This document shows positions 19,620-30,001 of a stretch of 64,000 bases of DNA, in pieces. The notes beneath the pieces are model-generated. The model ran no database searches. It was not told where the DNA came from and saw only the letters and a program-made list of their open reading frames with translations. Made by a program: the position numbers and the translations under genes. Numbering within the stretch: the first letter of the stretch is position 1; each line of letters starts with the position of its first letter. Source of the stretch: a virus; the IMG/VR virus record IMGVR_UViG_3300013005_003552, positions 80,266 to 144,265 of that record; one strand, written 5' to 3'.

Positions 19620-20108
19620 ATGGCAGCATTTGGAAAAACGCCAATTGGCGATCTAGGCGACACAGGCGATGCAGACGGAAGAATTCCTGCAGGCTTACCT
19701 AGCAACAGTTTTGGTGCAGTAACTCCGGGCTTTGGTGCATCACCAAGTCCAACACCAGCATCAGTACCACAAGCAGCACCACAGGGTCATGCACCAGACC
19801 GCACAGCCAGTGCAGCCGCGGCAGTGGCCGGCGGCGCAGAAAGCACCGTGGCCAACACCAACACAGATTGGATCAATAACAAGTGGCGTCCAGCAATGGG
19901 TTGGTTGTACATGCTTACCTGTTTCTTTGACTTTGTTATCTTTCCAATTCTTTGGAGTATTTTGCAAACACTACAAGGCGGGCAGGTTACAAGTCAATGG
20001 CAACCACTGACACTACAAGGCGCAGGCCTGTATCATATTGCCATGGGTGCTGTGCTTGGTATTGCCGCATACGGTCGTACCAAAGAAAAACTCGGCGACA
20101 AGCAGTAG
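19620..20108 (+). CDS. Holin-like protein (3TM/GTA-holin family)
   Basis: KWRPAMGWLY..FDFVIFP..GAVLGIAAYGRTKEK. Confidence 0.7.
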   Translation: MAAFGKTPIGDLGDTGDADGRIPAGLPSNSFGAVTPGFGASPSPTPASVPQAAPQGHAPDRTASAAAAVAGGAESTVANTNTDWINNKWRPAMGWLYMLTCFFDFVIFPILWSILQTLQGGQVTSQWQPLTLQGAGLYHIAMGAVLGIAAYGRTKEKLGDKQ

Positions 20109-20132
20109 TCAAATAAGTAATTGCATAAACAA

Positions 20133-20170
20133 GTCAGCGGAAATTGCCTAACAAGGGATTTCCGCTTGAC
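20133..20170 (+). promoter_or_regulatory. dnaJ upstream hairpin with bulged G
   Basis: GTCAGCGGAAAT-TGCCTAACAAGGG-ATTTCCGCTTGAC. Confidence 0.6.
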
Positions 20171-20194
20171 ACATGGTTAATTAACGTGTAAACT
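20166..20194 (+). promoter_or_regulatory. sigma70 promoter (probably giving leaderless dnaJ mRNA)
   Basis: TTGACA-17bp-TAAACT; ATG 20201 is 6 nt downstream, no SD. Confidence 0.65.
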
Positions 20195-20200
20195 ATGCGC

Positions 20201-21037
20201 ATGGACTACTATTCAATACTGGGTGTTCCCCGAGGGGCATCTGACGAAGATATCAAAAAGGCTTATCGCAAACTAGCGATGAAGCACCATCCGGATCGCG
20301 GCGGCGATCAAAATCAATTTCAAAAAATTCAAGAAGCGTATGCTACTCTAGGCGACTCACAGAAACGCCAGGAATATGATAACCCGCAACCGCAGCATCA
20401 AGGATTTCATTTCCATTTTGGTCAAGGAAACCCCCTTGATGAAATTTTTGCTTCGTTTGGGTTTGGTGGCGCCGGCGGCCCAGATCCATTTGCTCATATG
20501 CGGCAACAGCATCGAAAAAATAAAGATTTAAGAATTCAAATTGAACTAGAGCTAGAAAGCACACTAAGCGAACAAACCAAAACTATCAGTGTACAAACTA
20601 CCACCGGCGAAAGACAAACTGTTGAAGTAAAAATACCGCGTGGCATAGCAACAGGACATCAAATGCGTTATGCCGGCTTAGGCGATAACATGTTTGCTAC
20701 TATCCCAAGAGGCGACTTGTATATAAATTTTTTGGTCAGAGAGGATGTTAGATTTCAACTTGAAGGCATTGATCTTGTGTACAAGGTCAATGTAAACTGT
20801 TTAGATGCAATGACTGGTACAGATATAGATGTTCCTAACATTGAAAACAAAGTGTTTAGACTTTCTATACCAGCCGGTGCTAAACATGGTGCAAGACTAA
20901 GACTGCCAAATCAAGGCTTGTATGACATCAACACCATGCGTCGTGGTAATCTGATTGTAGAAATCGCTCTGACTGTGCCGGTGATTACAAATCCACAAGC
21001 AGTTGACCTGATTGAACAATTAAAGCAAGTTTTATAA
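20201..21037 (+). CDS. dnaJ: DnaJ/CbpA-type co-chaperone (no Zn finger)
   Basis: [24 protein letters not shown]-domain, G/F region, DnaJ C-terminal domain. Confidence 0.93.
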   Translation: MDYYSILGVPRGASDEDIKKAYRKLAMKHHPDRGGDQNQFQKIQEAYATLGDSQKRQEYDNPQPQHQGFHFHFGQGNPLDEIFASFGFGGAGGPDPFAHMRQQHRKNKDLRIQIELELESTLSEQTKTISVQTTTGERQTVEVKIPRGIATGHQMRYAGLGDNMFATIPRGDLYINFLVREDVRFQLEGIDLVYKVNVNCLDAMTGTDIDVPNIENKVFRLSIPAGAKHGARLRLPNQGLYDINTMRRGNLIVEIALTVPVITNPQAVDLIEQLKQVL

Positions 21038-21060
21038 ATATCTTTATCTAAAGGCAAAGC

Positions 21061-23361
21061 ATGATACAGGCTAATCCTGAAATTGAACTCATTATTTCTG
21101 CTGCTGGCGATAATGCTAAAAGGCACAAACACGAATATGTAACCTTGGAGCATCTATTGTATGCCATACTTAATTACCGTCCATTTGGTGATCTTCTCAA
21201 GAACTTTGGCACAGATGTTGACGCGATATTAAACGATATTGACAGTTACAACAATAGATTTGACAATGGCAATCAAGCCAACGACGAAGATCTGCAACCA
21301 AAAAAAACTCATGCGTTAGAGCGTGTGTTTAATCGTAGTCTAACACAAGTTCTGTTCAGTGGTCGCAATCACATGCAGGTCATGGATTTATTTTTGAGCA
21401 TCACCGGCGAACAAAACAGTCATGCTGCTTATTTTATTATTAAACACGGCATTGACAGAGCCAAGATAATTGAATTCTACAATGAAAACTACAAAGAAGG
21501 CAACAGTAGGAAAAATGCCTCTAAGCAACGAGCAATCGAAGTACTAAAAGAATACTGCGATGATCTTAACGAATTAGCCACTGAAGGCAAAATTGATCCT
21601 GTAATTGGTCGCGAGCACGAGCTCGACGAAATAGCGCATGTGCTTGCCAAACGAAACAAAAGCAACATTCTCATGGTAGGCGACGCAGGGGTTGGTAAAA
21701 CAGCTATTGCCGAAGGACTGGCTCGACGCATTGTTGAAGGAGATGTTCCTGACTATTTGAGAGACTATACTGTTTACAATCTTGACATTGGCAGTTTGCT
21801 AGCAGGTAGTAAGTACCGCGGAGAGTTTGAAGAAAAACTCAAAGATGTAATCAAGGCGCTGAACATTCGTGGCAAAACAATTTTGTTCATTGACGAAGCA
21901 CATCAAATGCGTGGTGCAGGCTCAGGGTCGGGTAGCAATGTTGACTTTGCAAACATGATCAAACCTGCATTGACCAAGGGTCGTATCAAAGTGATTGCGT
22001 CTACTACTTGGGAAGAATACACTCAAACTTTTGAAAAAGATCGTGCGCTCATGCGCAGGTTCTATAGACTCACAGTAGACGAACCCACACCGGCTGTGGC
22101 CAAAGATATTCTATTTGGCCTCCGTGTTCACTTTGAAGAATTTCATGGCGGTAATATTTCAGACGATGCAATTGAAAGCGCCGTGGACCTCAGTGTGCGC
22201 TATCAAAGTGACAAAAAATTGCCAGACAAAGCAATTGATTTGATTGATACTGCTTGTGCCAAAGCCAAGATCTATCAAACAAATTGGACAGTAAATCGTA
22301 AAAACATCATTGAATGTTTGAGTAAGTTTACAAAAATTCCAGTTGAGCAACTCACCGGCGATGTTGAAGGCGATGGCAGCAACATTCAGAATCTTGAACC
22401 AAAAGTAAAGAGCAGACTTTACGGACAAGACAGTGCAGTTGAAATGGTGCTTGAAAAGATTTATGTAAGTCGTGCAGGACTAAAACCATTGAACAAACCA
22501 GTTGGCACATTTTTGTTTACTGGTCCCACAGGCACTGGTAAAACTGAGCTTGCCAAGTTGTTGGCTGAGTTTTTAGGCATGAAATTGTTACGCTACGACA
22601 TGAGCGAGTATCAGGAAAAACACAGTGTGGCCAAACTAATTGGCGCACCACCTGGCTATGTTGGATATGATGACAGTAATCTAGGCGGGGGCTTGTTGAT
22701 CAGTGACATTGAAAAGAATCCCAATGCTATTATTCTTTTTGACGAAATTGAAAAAGCTCACCCTGATGTCAGCAACATCATGCTCACTGTTATGGATGAA
22801 GGCACTGTTACCAGCAGCAATGGCAAAAAAGCAGATTGCCGTAATTGCATTGTGATAATGACCAGTAACCTAGGTGCAGCAGACAACGAAAGAAACAATA
22901 TTGGCTTTGGACGCGACTTGCAAAAGTCAGGTGAAGACGATAAAGCAGTGAAAAATTACTTTAGGCCAGAGTTTAGAAATAGACTAGATGCAATATGCAA
23001 GTTTAACAAGCTAGAAAAGAACAGCATGCGCCTTATTGTGAACAAGTTCATCAATGAAATGAATGACTTGTTGATTGACAAAGGCATCAAGGTAAAATTA
23101 TCTGACTCAGCGATTGAACACATTATTGACCAAGGCTTTGATCCCAAGATGGGTGCCCGCCCGTTGGGTCGTAAGATTAATGATCTGATAAAGGTTCCGT
23201 TAAGTCGTAAAATTCTTTTTGATCGCCTAGGGGCAAATAACACGGTGTCAGTAGACTATCGTAACGACAAGCTAGAATTTGATATCACCACAACCAATTT
23301 GGCAGTAATTCCTTCTATAGACAGCAATGGATACATCGTTCTGGACGGCATTAAATCCTAA
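21061..23361 (+). CDS. clpA: Clp ATPase, ClpA-like
   Basis: Clp N-domain, GDAGVGKT and [20 protein letters not shown] loop, no ClpB middle domain. Confidence 0.92.
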   Translation: MIQANPEIELIISAAGDNAKRHKHEYVTLEHLLYAILNYRPFGDLLKNFGTDVDAILNDIDSYNNRFDNGNQANDEDLQPKKTHALERVFNRSLTQVLFSGRNHMQVMDLFLSITGEQNSHAAYFIIKHGIDRAKIIEFYNENYKEGNSRKNASKQRAIEVLKEYCDDLNELATEGKIDPVIGREHELDEIAHVLAKRNKSNILMVGDAGVGKTAIAEGLARRIVEGDVPDYLRDYTVYNLDIGSLLAGSKYRGEFEEKLKDVIKALNIRGKTILFIDEAHQMRGAGSGSGSNVDFANMIKPALTKGRIKVIASTTWEEYTQTFEKDRALMRRFYRLTVDEPTPAVAKDILFGLRVHFEEFHGGNISDDAIESAVDLSVRYQSDKKLPDKAIDLIDTACAKAKIYQTNWTVNRKNIIECLSKFTKIPVEQLTGDVEGDGSNIQNLEPKVKSRLYGQDSAVEMVLEKIYVSRAGLKPLNKPVGTFLFTGPTGTGKTELAKLLAEFLGMKLLRYDMSEYQEKHSVAKLIGAPPGYVGYDDSNLGGGLLISDIEKNPNAIILFDEIEKAHPDVSNIMLTVMDEGTVTSSNGKKADCRNCIVIMTSNLGAADNERNNIGFGRDLQKSGEDDKAVKNYFRPEFRNRLDAICKFNKLEKNSMRLIVNKFINEMNDLLIDKGIKVKLSDSAIEHIIDQGFDPKMGARPLGRKINDLIKVPLSRKILFDRLGANNTVSVDYRNDKLEFDITTTNLAVIPSIDSNGYIVLDGIKS

Positions 23362-24052
23362 TATCCAAATCTTGGATGCTAAGAAACTGCTCCACGGTCA
23401 GTACATGTACCGTTTGAGCATGTTGAGCTTTGGCAGTAGATTACTGCGTGATCTTTCGAGACTAGATTATGAGATTACACATTACAATCAACGAGCCTAC
23501 AGCTATGGAGGCAGTTGGCGTCAAACTAGACAGTTAACCGATGAAGATGTTCAACTGTTAAAACTTATTAAGAACATAGTTTATGCAGATGATCTCAGTC
23601 ACCCTGGCAACTTAAAAGTTAGAATCGAAGACCCGCATATTCAATTCTACAGCGTTGACGCTGCTGTGCTAAAAGATCTTGCATTGAAGTTAAGACACAC
23701 AGACAACAGTCATTTTGTAAGTTTCATGTGTCCAGAATCTGAACAAAATGCAGATCTTCTGAAGCAAGGCTTTGTACTCAAAAAGAAAAAGATTGATTGG
23801 CCCTATAGAATTGTTATTCGTGACGGACGGTACAATACAGAGTCAAAAACAAACTTAAAAAATTATCTTTTACAACTAGGCGACGAAGTTAAGGCTCCCC
23901 GGAATCTTTGGGAACAATTGGAAAAAGGAGGCTGGATTTGGGGAGGATACATTTATGTCAAAGACAAACAAATGGCTACCATGTTCAGCATGATAGATGC
24001 CAACATGATTGGTCGACTAGAAGAATTTAGAATAAGCTCTAACACAAAATAA
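23327..24052 (+). CDS. Hypothetical protein
   Basis: 241 aa overlapping clpA end. Confidence 0.7.
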   Translation: MDTSFWTALNPNIQILDAKKLLHGQYMYRLSMLSFGSRLLRDLSRLDYEITHYNQRAYSYGGSWRQTRQLTDEDVQLLKLIKNIVYADDLSHPGNLKVRIEDPHIQFYSVDAAVLKDLALKLRHTDNSHFVSFMCPESEQNADLLKQGFVLKKKKIDWPYRIVIRDGRYNTESKTNLKNYLLQLGDEVKAPRNLWEQLEKGGWIWGGYIYVKDKQMATMFSMIDANMIGRLEEFRISSNTK

Positions 24053-24079
24053 ATACATATATTATGTTAGGAGCCCAAA

Positions 24080-24247
24080 ATGGCCACAATCCATGAAGAA
24101 ATATTAATTATCAAAGTAAGTAAATTGGTTAAGGACAACAGCAATACGCCCCAACTGATCACTACTGATACAGCTATCGCATTAGAACAAGTAGCACAAG
24201 AACTAGTAGGTGACGGTGTAATTGTTGAAGTTGAAGAAGCAAAATAA
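24080..24247 (+). CDS. Small hypothetical protein (55 aa, not in ORF track)
   Basis: TAAATA + AGGAGCCCAAAATG; MATIHEEILIIKVSKLVK. Confidence 0.7.
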   Translation: MATIHEEILIIKVSKLVKDNSNTPQLITTDTAIALEQVAQELVGDGVIVEVEEAK

Positions 24248-24302
24248 AACGGCATCTGCAATGCCAAAGTAAATACAAAACTGTTTTTCAAAGAGGACCT
24301 AA

Positions 24303-25241
24303 ATGTCAGATCAAAACCCACCCCACAAGGGCAAAAAAATTGTTATCCCTGGGCCTACAACGGCCCAACCTGCTGCGCCCAACGGCGGCACCCCACCTGG
24401 TCAACCAATGACTGGTGTGCCAGGTGCTGCTGAACAACGCCGTGTGCTGGACGAAATTGCCAAAGTTCAACAACAACAAACTACTACACAACAACAAGGC
24501 ACACCTTTTGATTTTTCAAAATGCCATTTACACATTGGTATTCCTTGCTACGGTGGTATGGTCAGTGAGCCTACAATGACCAGTTTCCTACGCTTTGTGC
24601 TGTTAGCACAACAAGTTGGATTAAACTGGAGTTTGGACACAATGGTCAACGAAAGTTTGATTCCTCGTGGACGCAACAACTTAATGGCCAAGATGATGAC
24701 CAATCAAAGTGCCACGCATTTTATGTTCATTGACGCAGACATTCGCTTTCAGCCTGAAAGCATTTTGCAAATGATAGCCTATGACAAAGAAGTTATTGGC
24801 GGCTTGTATCCTAAGAAAAGCCTGCCTATCAACTATGTTATTAATTTGAAACCACAGGTTACTGTGCAAGGTGACATCTACACTGTAGATACCATGGGCA
24901 CTGGATTCTTGTTGTTCAAACGACAGGTATACGAGAAATTGATCAAGGCTCACCCAGAAACCAAATATGTAGACGACATCGGACTAGGCAAACAGTACGA
25001 ACCCATGATGTACGCTATTTTTGATACTGAAATTGATCATCGTGGTCACTATTTGAGCGAAGACTGGACTTTCTGCCGTCGCTGGCAAGCACTAGGTGGC
25101 GACATCTGGGCACACAGCAAAACATTGTTGAATCATATTGGTCATTATGAATTCCAGGGCGACATTGCAAAACTGGATATTAATACTATGGCTCAACAGG
25201 CCCACGCTCAGACCAATCCTACACCAAGTGAGCAACGATAG
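24303..25241 (+). CDS. GT-A fold glycosyltransferase-like protein
   Basis: IGIPCYGG, ESLIPRGRN, FMFIDAD (DxD), GTGFLL, YLSEDWTFC; Pro/Gln-rich N-terminus. Confidence 0.75.
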   Translation: MSDQNPPHKGKKIVIPGPTTAQPAAPNGGTPPGQPMTGVPGAAEQRRVLDEIAKVQQQQTTTQQQGTPFDFSKCHLHIGIPCYGGMVSEPTMTSFLRFVLLAQQVGLNWSLDTMVNESLIPRGRNNLMAKMMTNQSATHFMFIDADIRFQPESILQMIAYDKEVIGGLYPKKSLPINYVINLKPQVTVQGDIYTVDTMGTGFLLFKRQVYEKLIKAHPETKYVDDIGLGKQYEPMMYAIFDTEIDHRGHYLSEDWTFCRRWQALGGDIWAHSKTLLNHIGHYEFQGDIAKLDINTMAQQAHAQTNPTPSEQR

Positions 25242-25752
25242 TATTCAAAAGCTAGATTTTGAGATTACCCTAAGTGGCACCTACTGGGGTAATCGTAATC
25301 CAGCATTTGAAATATTAATAAATGATCAGATTGTGATCGACAGTGTTATTGCAGCACCTCCAAGCAAAAAAGGAATCCCAGAACAGGATTTTATGACTGC
25401 TGCCCAGGTGCTGCAAACTCTACATACTGAAAAATTTAGTGTGGATCTGGCCCCAGGATCACATGTGCTGGGCATACGACTCAAGAACAAACTCCCAACT
25501 GACACCTGCGGGTTCAATGACGACGGTACTTACACAAGAGATGTGTTACTAAACATTGAAAAAGTCAAAATTGACAGCATGGATCTTGGTAATTTGATCT
25601 ACGAAGAGTCAATCTATGAGCTTGATTCTCCTACACAAATCAACGGAACAGAACTAGAGATATTGGAACGCTGTATAAATCTTGGGTTCAATGGTGTGTA
25701 CAAGCTGCGTTTTAGCATACCCTTTTACATTTGGTTACTGGAACGCCTGTAG
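25228..25752 (+). CDS. Hypothetical protein
   Basis: GTG start overlapping the upstream gene; C-terminal PFYIWLLERL. Confidence 0.65.
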   Translation: MSNDSIQKLDFEITLSGTYWGNRNPAFEILINDQIVIDSVIAAPPSKKGIPEQDFMTAAQVLQTLHTEKFSVDLAPGSHVLGIRLKNKLPTDTCGFNDDGTYTRDVLLNIEKVKIDSMDLGNLIYEESIYELDSPTQINGTELEILERCINLGFNGVYKLRFSIPFYIWLLERL

Positions 25753-25793
25753 TCTAAATCAGCATAAATAAGTGATCTAGAGTAAAGATTACT

Positions 25794-26963
25794 ATGTTTA
25801 TTGCGCAACTGTTTGAAAATAAAGCCAAAAGGATTGTTGTAACATATCCTGGGCGTTTTCAGCCTTTTCATAAAGGGCACCGTGAAGTTTTTGCCAGTCT
25901 GCAACGCAAATTTGGCAGCGACAATGTTTTTATTATCACCAGTAATAACACTGACGGTGTAAAAAGTCCATTCAACTTCAGTGATAAAATACGCTTCATG
26001 CATGCCATGGGTGTTCCTGACAACCAGGTGATTGAAAGCAGCAATGTGTATAATTTGCCTGCTCAATTTGAACCAATCAAAGATCAAGTAGTTTTTATTA
26101 CCGCAGTAGGTCAACCAGACGAAAAAAGACTTCAACCAGGGCGTGTAAAAAAAGATGGTAGCCCAGGTTTTTTTCAACCAGTACCCAATGACAGCAAAGA
26201 TTTCAAAACAGCCGACGAGCACGGATATGTAATCATTGCACCCGAATATCCGCAAAGCATTAGCATAGGCGGTAAGAATTACGACGCCAGTCACGGCACT
26301 CAAACTCGAGAACTGTGGAATCAGGTGCGTGACAACCCAGAACAACGCAAAGAATTTTTACAACAACTGTACGGGCGCACTGATCCAGAACTAGGACACA
26401 TACTTGACAAAATTCCACATGGCGCCCTAGAACCTGTAGAGCCTCCCGCGGCTAAAATGAAAAATGCAAAAAAAGATCTTGTGCAAGTGCCTGCTGTCAA
26501 GCCCAAAAAACTCAAAAAGGATACTGTGTCTGCTGATGATGCTCCATTGGCCGAAGACGAGTTTGATGAAGGCAGTTATAAAAATCTGCATCTTAACTAC
26601 AAGAAAAATAGATTCCGCTCATTGAAAAAACTTGACCCGTTTGCTGAAAGTGATGTAGAGGAAAGCATGTATCAATATGATAAGGATGACCCTTACAACA
26701 GCGAATTTGCTCCTGATGTGGGCATGGGCAGAATGACTCTACGAAGTTGGAAGTTGAGCATGATTCGTCGAGTAAAAGAATTTGCAGCAGAGCTAGAACG
26801 CAATGGTCAAGATCTTGACAGAGCAGCGTTATGGGATCATATTCACAAAAAACTCAAAAGCATGAATCTTGATCCAATAGCGCAAGAAATTGAATTGGCA
26901 CATCAAGAGCTTGAAAACATCAGGCGTCGTGGTGGTGTAAGATCAAGGGCGTTCAAGAAATGA
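25794..26963 (+). CDS. HxGH nucleotidyltransferase-like protein with charged tail
   Basis: YPGRFQPFHKGH, SPF, SHGTQTR; N-terminus MFIAQLFE. Confidence 0.75.
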   Translation: MFIAQLFENKAKRIVVTYPGRFQPFHKGHREVFASLQRKFGSDNVFIITSNNTDGVKSPFNFSDKIRFMHAMGVPDNQVIESSNVYNLPAQFEPIKDQVVFITAVGQPDEKRLQPGRVKKDGSPGFFQPVPNDSKDFKTADEHGYVIIAPEYPQSISIGGKNYDASHGTQTRELWNQVRDNPEQRKEFLQQLYGRTDPELGHILDKIPHGALEPVEPPAAKMKNAKKDLVQVPAVKPKKLKKDTVSADDAPLAEDEFDEGSYKNLHLNYKKNRFRSLKKLDPFAESDVEESMYQYDKDDPYNSEFAPDVGMGRMTLRSWKLSMIRRVKEFAAELERNGQDLDRAALWDHIHKKLKSMNLDPIAQEIELAHQELENIRRRGGVRSRAFKK

Positions 26964-27286
26964 AACAGCCAATAAAATTAGAATACGAAGTGCATTGGAC
27001 TTTGAATACAGAAAAAATGCTCAAGGATCCAATGGGTAGAGGACTGAGAGCCCTTGGTAAACAGGTACCTTATCGAATCTATCTGGAGCCTAGCAATGAA
27101 CTGCTGAGTGATAGAATGTTTGATATTTTTAATCCATTCTTTATATATGAAACGCACCATCTGAGTCTTGACCACGGCAGTTATAAATTAACAGTTCAGG
27201 ACCCAAGTGGCTGGCTGGATATATCATTAAAAAATATTAAACTTAACACTGTGGGCATATCCCAGGCACAATTTTCACTTGAGTAA
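26960..27286 (+). CDS. Hypothetical protein
   Basis: ATGA coupling, 108 aa. Confidence 0.65.
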   Translation: MKQPIKLEYEVHWTLNTEKMLKDPMGRGLRALGKQVPYRIYLEPSNELLSDRMFDIFNPFFIYETHHLSLDHGSYKLTVQDPSGWLDISLKNIKLNTVGISQAQFSLE

Positions 27287-27294
27287 ATATTATA

Positions 27295-27474
27295 ATGAAA
27301 ATAAAAGAAATAGTTTCTAGACCGTTGCAAGAATTTGCTACCAGTGGCAGTTCCAGTGCCGGCGGCATGGCCAGTTTTATTAAGCCAGGTGCCGGCACTT
27401 TGTTTGGCGGAGAATATCAACAAAGAGATAATCCTTTTCGACAGCCGGCAAAAAAAACAAGGAAGAAAAAATGA
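27295..27474 (+). CDS. Small basic protein, putative internal head protein (59 aa, not in ORF track)
   Basis: ATG 5 nt after TAAATA; MKIKEIVSRPLQE..KKTRKKK. Confidence 0.65.
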   Translation: MKIKEIVSRPLQEFATSGSSSAGGMASFIKPGAGTLFGGEYQQRDNPFRQPAKKTRKKK

Positions 27475-28139
27475 GTAATATGCGCAAGCTGTTAGAAAGT
27501 ATTGATAAATTTTCTGGCGAACCAAAACAAAAGCCTGGGGATCAGGTACGCGGCCATGAAAAGGCCAAAAGCAGCAACAGTAAAAAACATCCTTTTGCAG
27601 GACGCCTGGTTGGCGCCAATGAAAGCAAAGAAGACCACGATGATGACCTGGTCCAAAGTCTTATGTTAGAATATAAAATGTTTGAAGTTGGTAATCTTGC
27701 ACAGAACCAAACCAACTCAGATCAACCTAATAGTCCTGTAGCACAGATCAATCCACCAGGAATGGGTACTGCTAATACCAATCCTGCTTTACAAGCACAG
27801 GATGATCAAAAATCTAGTTTGGCCAGCAAAGCCAATGATCAACCTGGTCAACCACAACAAAACCAGCAACAACCAGCAACAAGTCAACAAGCTGCGCAAA
27901 AAATGAAACAGTCAGCTGACTTAACAAAAAATATAACAGGCTTAAAAAGTTTAGATCCAACACTGAACATTCAAAAAACGGTAGATGCGATTGAAAAAGA
28001 TCCACAACATGTTACTGCCGCAGACGCCGAAGCTCTTGCTCATGTGGTAAATGCTATTGAACCAATGTTAAAAAATAATCAGGCAGCAGCAGGACTAACC
28101 AGCAATCTCAAACGCATGATGACAAAAGGACCACAATAA
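27471..28139 (+). CDS. Gln-rich hypothetical protein, putative internal head protein
   Basis: MSNMRKLLESID; low complexity. Confidence 0.65.
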   Translation: MSNMRKLLESIDKFSGEPKQKPGDQVRGHEKAKSSNSKKHPFAGRLVGANESKEDHDDDLVQSLMLEYKMFEVGNLAQNQTNSDQPNSPVAQINPPGMGTANTNPALQAQDDQKSSLASKANDQPGQPQQNQQQPATSQQAAQKMKQSADLTKNITGLKSLDPTLNIQKTVDAIEKDPQHVTAADAEALAHVVNAIEPMLKNNQAAAGLTSNLKRMMTKGPQ

Positions 28140-28498
28140 TGTTTATATACGAATTGTTTGAAGGCAAGGAGTATAAATGTACTTGTTTGCCAAACGACAA
28201 GGATCCAGATTGTCCCAAGCACGGGTTAGAGCCAATGGATGTTGGTGATGCATTGGATGTAAAAAATGAAGCCAAACAGCGTCTTGACCCCAAGTGCTGG
28301 ACTGGTTACAAAAAACAAGGTACTAAAATGAAGGGCGATGTTCGCGTGAACAACTGCGTGCCTATAGAAGAAGAAAACAAAGGACTGTACTACAATGTGA
28401 ACAAGCGCAAAAAGGCCGGCACAAGTAGAGACAAAGATCATCCCAAAGCACCCACAGCACAGGCCTGGAAGGACGCTGCTAAAACTGCGAAAAAATAA
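28139..28498 (+). CDS. Modular basic protein, putative internal head protein
   Basis: MFIYELFE then three small Cys/Lys-rich modules. Confidence 0.65.
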   Translation: MFIYELFEGKEYKCTCLPNDKDPDCPKHGLEPMDVGDALDVKNEAKQRLDPKCWTGYKKQGTKMKGDVRVNNCVPIEEENKGLYYNVNKRKKAGTSRDKDHPKAPTAQAWKDAAKTAKK

Positions 28499-28500
28499 TC

Positions 28501-29547
28501 ATGCCTTTGTACAATTTCACATTTGCTTCTCGCGCACAACGAATAACAATACCCAGTGGGTTCCAGCCACAGGCTACCATTTATCTATGGGGCGCAGGTG
28601 GTGGTGCAGGCGGTGACGATAGTCCTGGGGCAGGTGGTGCAGGAGCCTGCGGTAATGCAATTAAAATTGTTCTTAATCTTTCTGCAGGAGATGTACTAGA
28701 ATTTGGTATTGGTAATAAAGGCACAGCAGGCACCGGTGGTAAACGCACCGCAGGAGGCGCAGCAGGTGAATCTTACATTGATACCAGTAACAATCGTTAC
28801 GGTGGTGGCACAGGCGGGCCTTGCGGAGCTAGAGGCAGTTCCGGCAGTGGCGGTGGCGGTGGCGGCGCAACAGTGCTGTTGCTCAATGATACCATAGTTG
28901 CTATTGCAGCCGGTGGCGCTGGTGGCGGTGGCGGTGGCAATGTTGGCACTACACCAGGCGAAAATGCAAGTGCAACGCCTTCCACTGGTGCAAATAGCAG
29001 TAGCACTGGGCAAAACGGTCAAGGAAAAGACGGAGACGGTGGTGGCGGTGGTGGCGGCGGTGGCGGAAAGTTTGGCGGAGTGTTTGGCGGACTACGCAGC
29101 GGTGACCAAGGTGCTTTAGCTGGTGGAACTGGTGCAAGTTTTGTAGCCTCTGTTGGTGGAGCAGTTGTAAGCGCAACCACATATACAGGCAGTGGCAGAA
29201 CTCCTCCTGCGATTGATGGATACACAGTAACACCCACTTTTGCCACTGGCGGAGTATCAGGAAGAGTTGCAGCAAGTGGCACAAGTGGCACTCCTGGGCA
29301 TATGATTGTATCACTGGAGCCAGTTGCCATGCCTTATGTAAAAGTAGATGGTGTATGGAAGCCAGTTACCAACGCCTATATCAAAACAGATGAATCTACT
29401 TGGGTTGAACTTGACGAAACTTACATTAAAGTAGCAAGTACATGGCGTCGACTTAGTCAAGATCAATCATTGTCGTCAACTGAGTTGGCGGAAAATCTCA
29501 GATATGGCAGTGGCGGCACTAGAGCTGCACCTGCAGACGACTCTTAA
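28501..29547 (+). CDS. Glycine-rich structural protein
   Basis: WGAGGGAGG and poly-Gly tracts; C-terminal YxKxxxxW repeats. Confidence 0.7.
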   Translation: MPLYNFTFASRAQRITIPSGFQPQATIYLWGAGGGAGGDDSPGAGGAGACGNAIKIVLNLSAGDVLEFGIGNKGTAGTGGKRTAGGAAGESYIDTSNNRYGGGTGGPCGARGSSGSGGGGGGATVLLLNDTIVAIAAGGAGGGGGGNVGTTPGENASATPSTGANSSSTGQNGQGKDGDGGGGGGGGGGKFGGVFGGLRSGDQGALAGGTGASFVASVGGAVVSATTYTGSGRTPPAIDGYTVTPTFATGGVSGRVAASGTSGTPGHMIVSLEPVAMPYVKVDGVWKPVTNAYIKTDESTWVELDETYIKVASTWRRLSQDQSLSSTELAENLRYGSGGTRAAPADDS

Positions 29548-29563
29548 GTATTAGGATATTACA

Positions 29564-30001
29564 ATGGAACAACTACACAAAGCATTAAAAATAGCTTTTG
29601 CAAGCGAGTTTAGCTTTTACCTAAAAGCTCACAACTATCACTGGAATGTGACAGGCCCGTTCTTTAGCCAACTGCATGACTTGTTTGGAAAAATTTACGA
29701 AGAAGTGTATGGCAGCATTGATCATTTTGCAGAAGAAATTCGCAGTGCTGGGGCTTTTGTTCCTGCCAGCTACACTAGATTCAGTATGTTGAGTCAGATT
29801 GAAGATGAGACCAGTATCCCTGACGACGGCGACATGGTTGCAGAATTATTAGCCGATAGTGATAAAATGGTGAAAATTTTGAAATATGTGTTTGATATTG
29901 CAACAGAACTAGGCGAAGAAGGTCTGGCAGATTTTGTTGCACAGCGCATGGATGCACATCGCAAACACTCCTGGATGTTGAGAGCAACAATCTCACAATG
30001 A
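29564..30001 (+). CDS. dps: Dps-family ferritin-like DNA protection protein
   Basis: KAHNYHWNVTG..LHDLF..YEE..D.FAEEIR..H.KHSWML. Confidence 0.92.
   Translation: MEQLHKALKIAFASEFSFYLKAHNYHWNVTGPFFSQLHDLFGKIYEEVYGSIDHFAEEIRSAGAFVPASYTRFSMLSQIEDETSIPDDGDMVAELLADSDKMVKILKYVFDIATELGEEGLADFVAQRMDAHRKHSWMLRATISQ

Noticed and set aside
25794-26963. Complete NAD reconstitution (NARP) pathway
   Set aside because: Only an HxGH nucleotidyltransferase is visible; there is no Nampt-like or PRPP-synthetase-like partner in the window.
28840-29070. GGT/GGC repeat tracts
   Set aside because: They are poly-glycine codons within a structural gene, not an independent repeat element.
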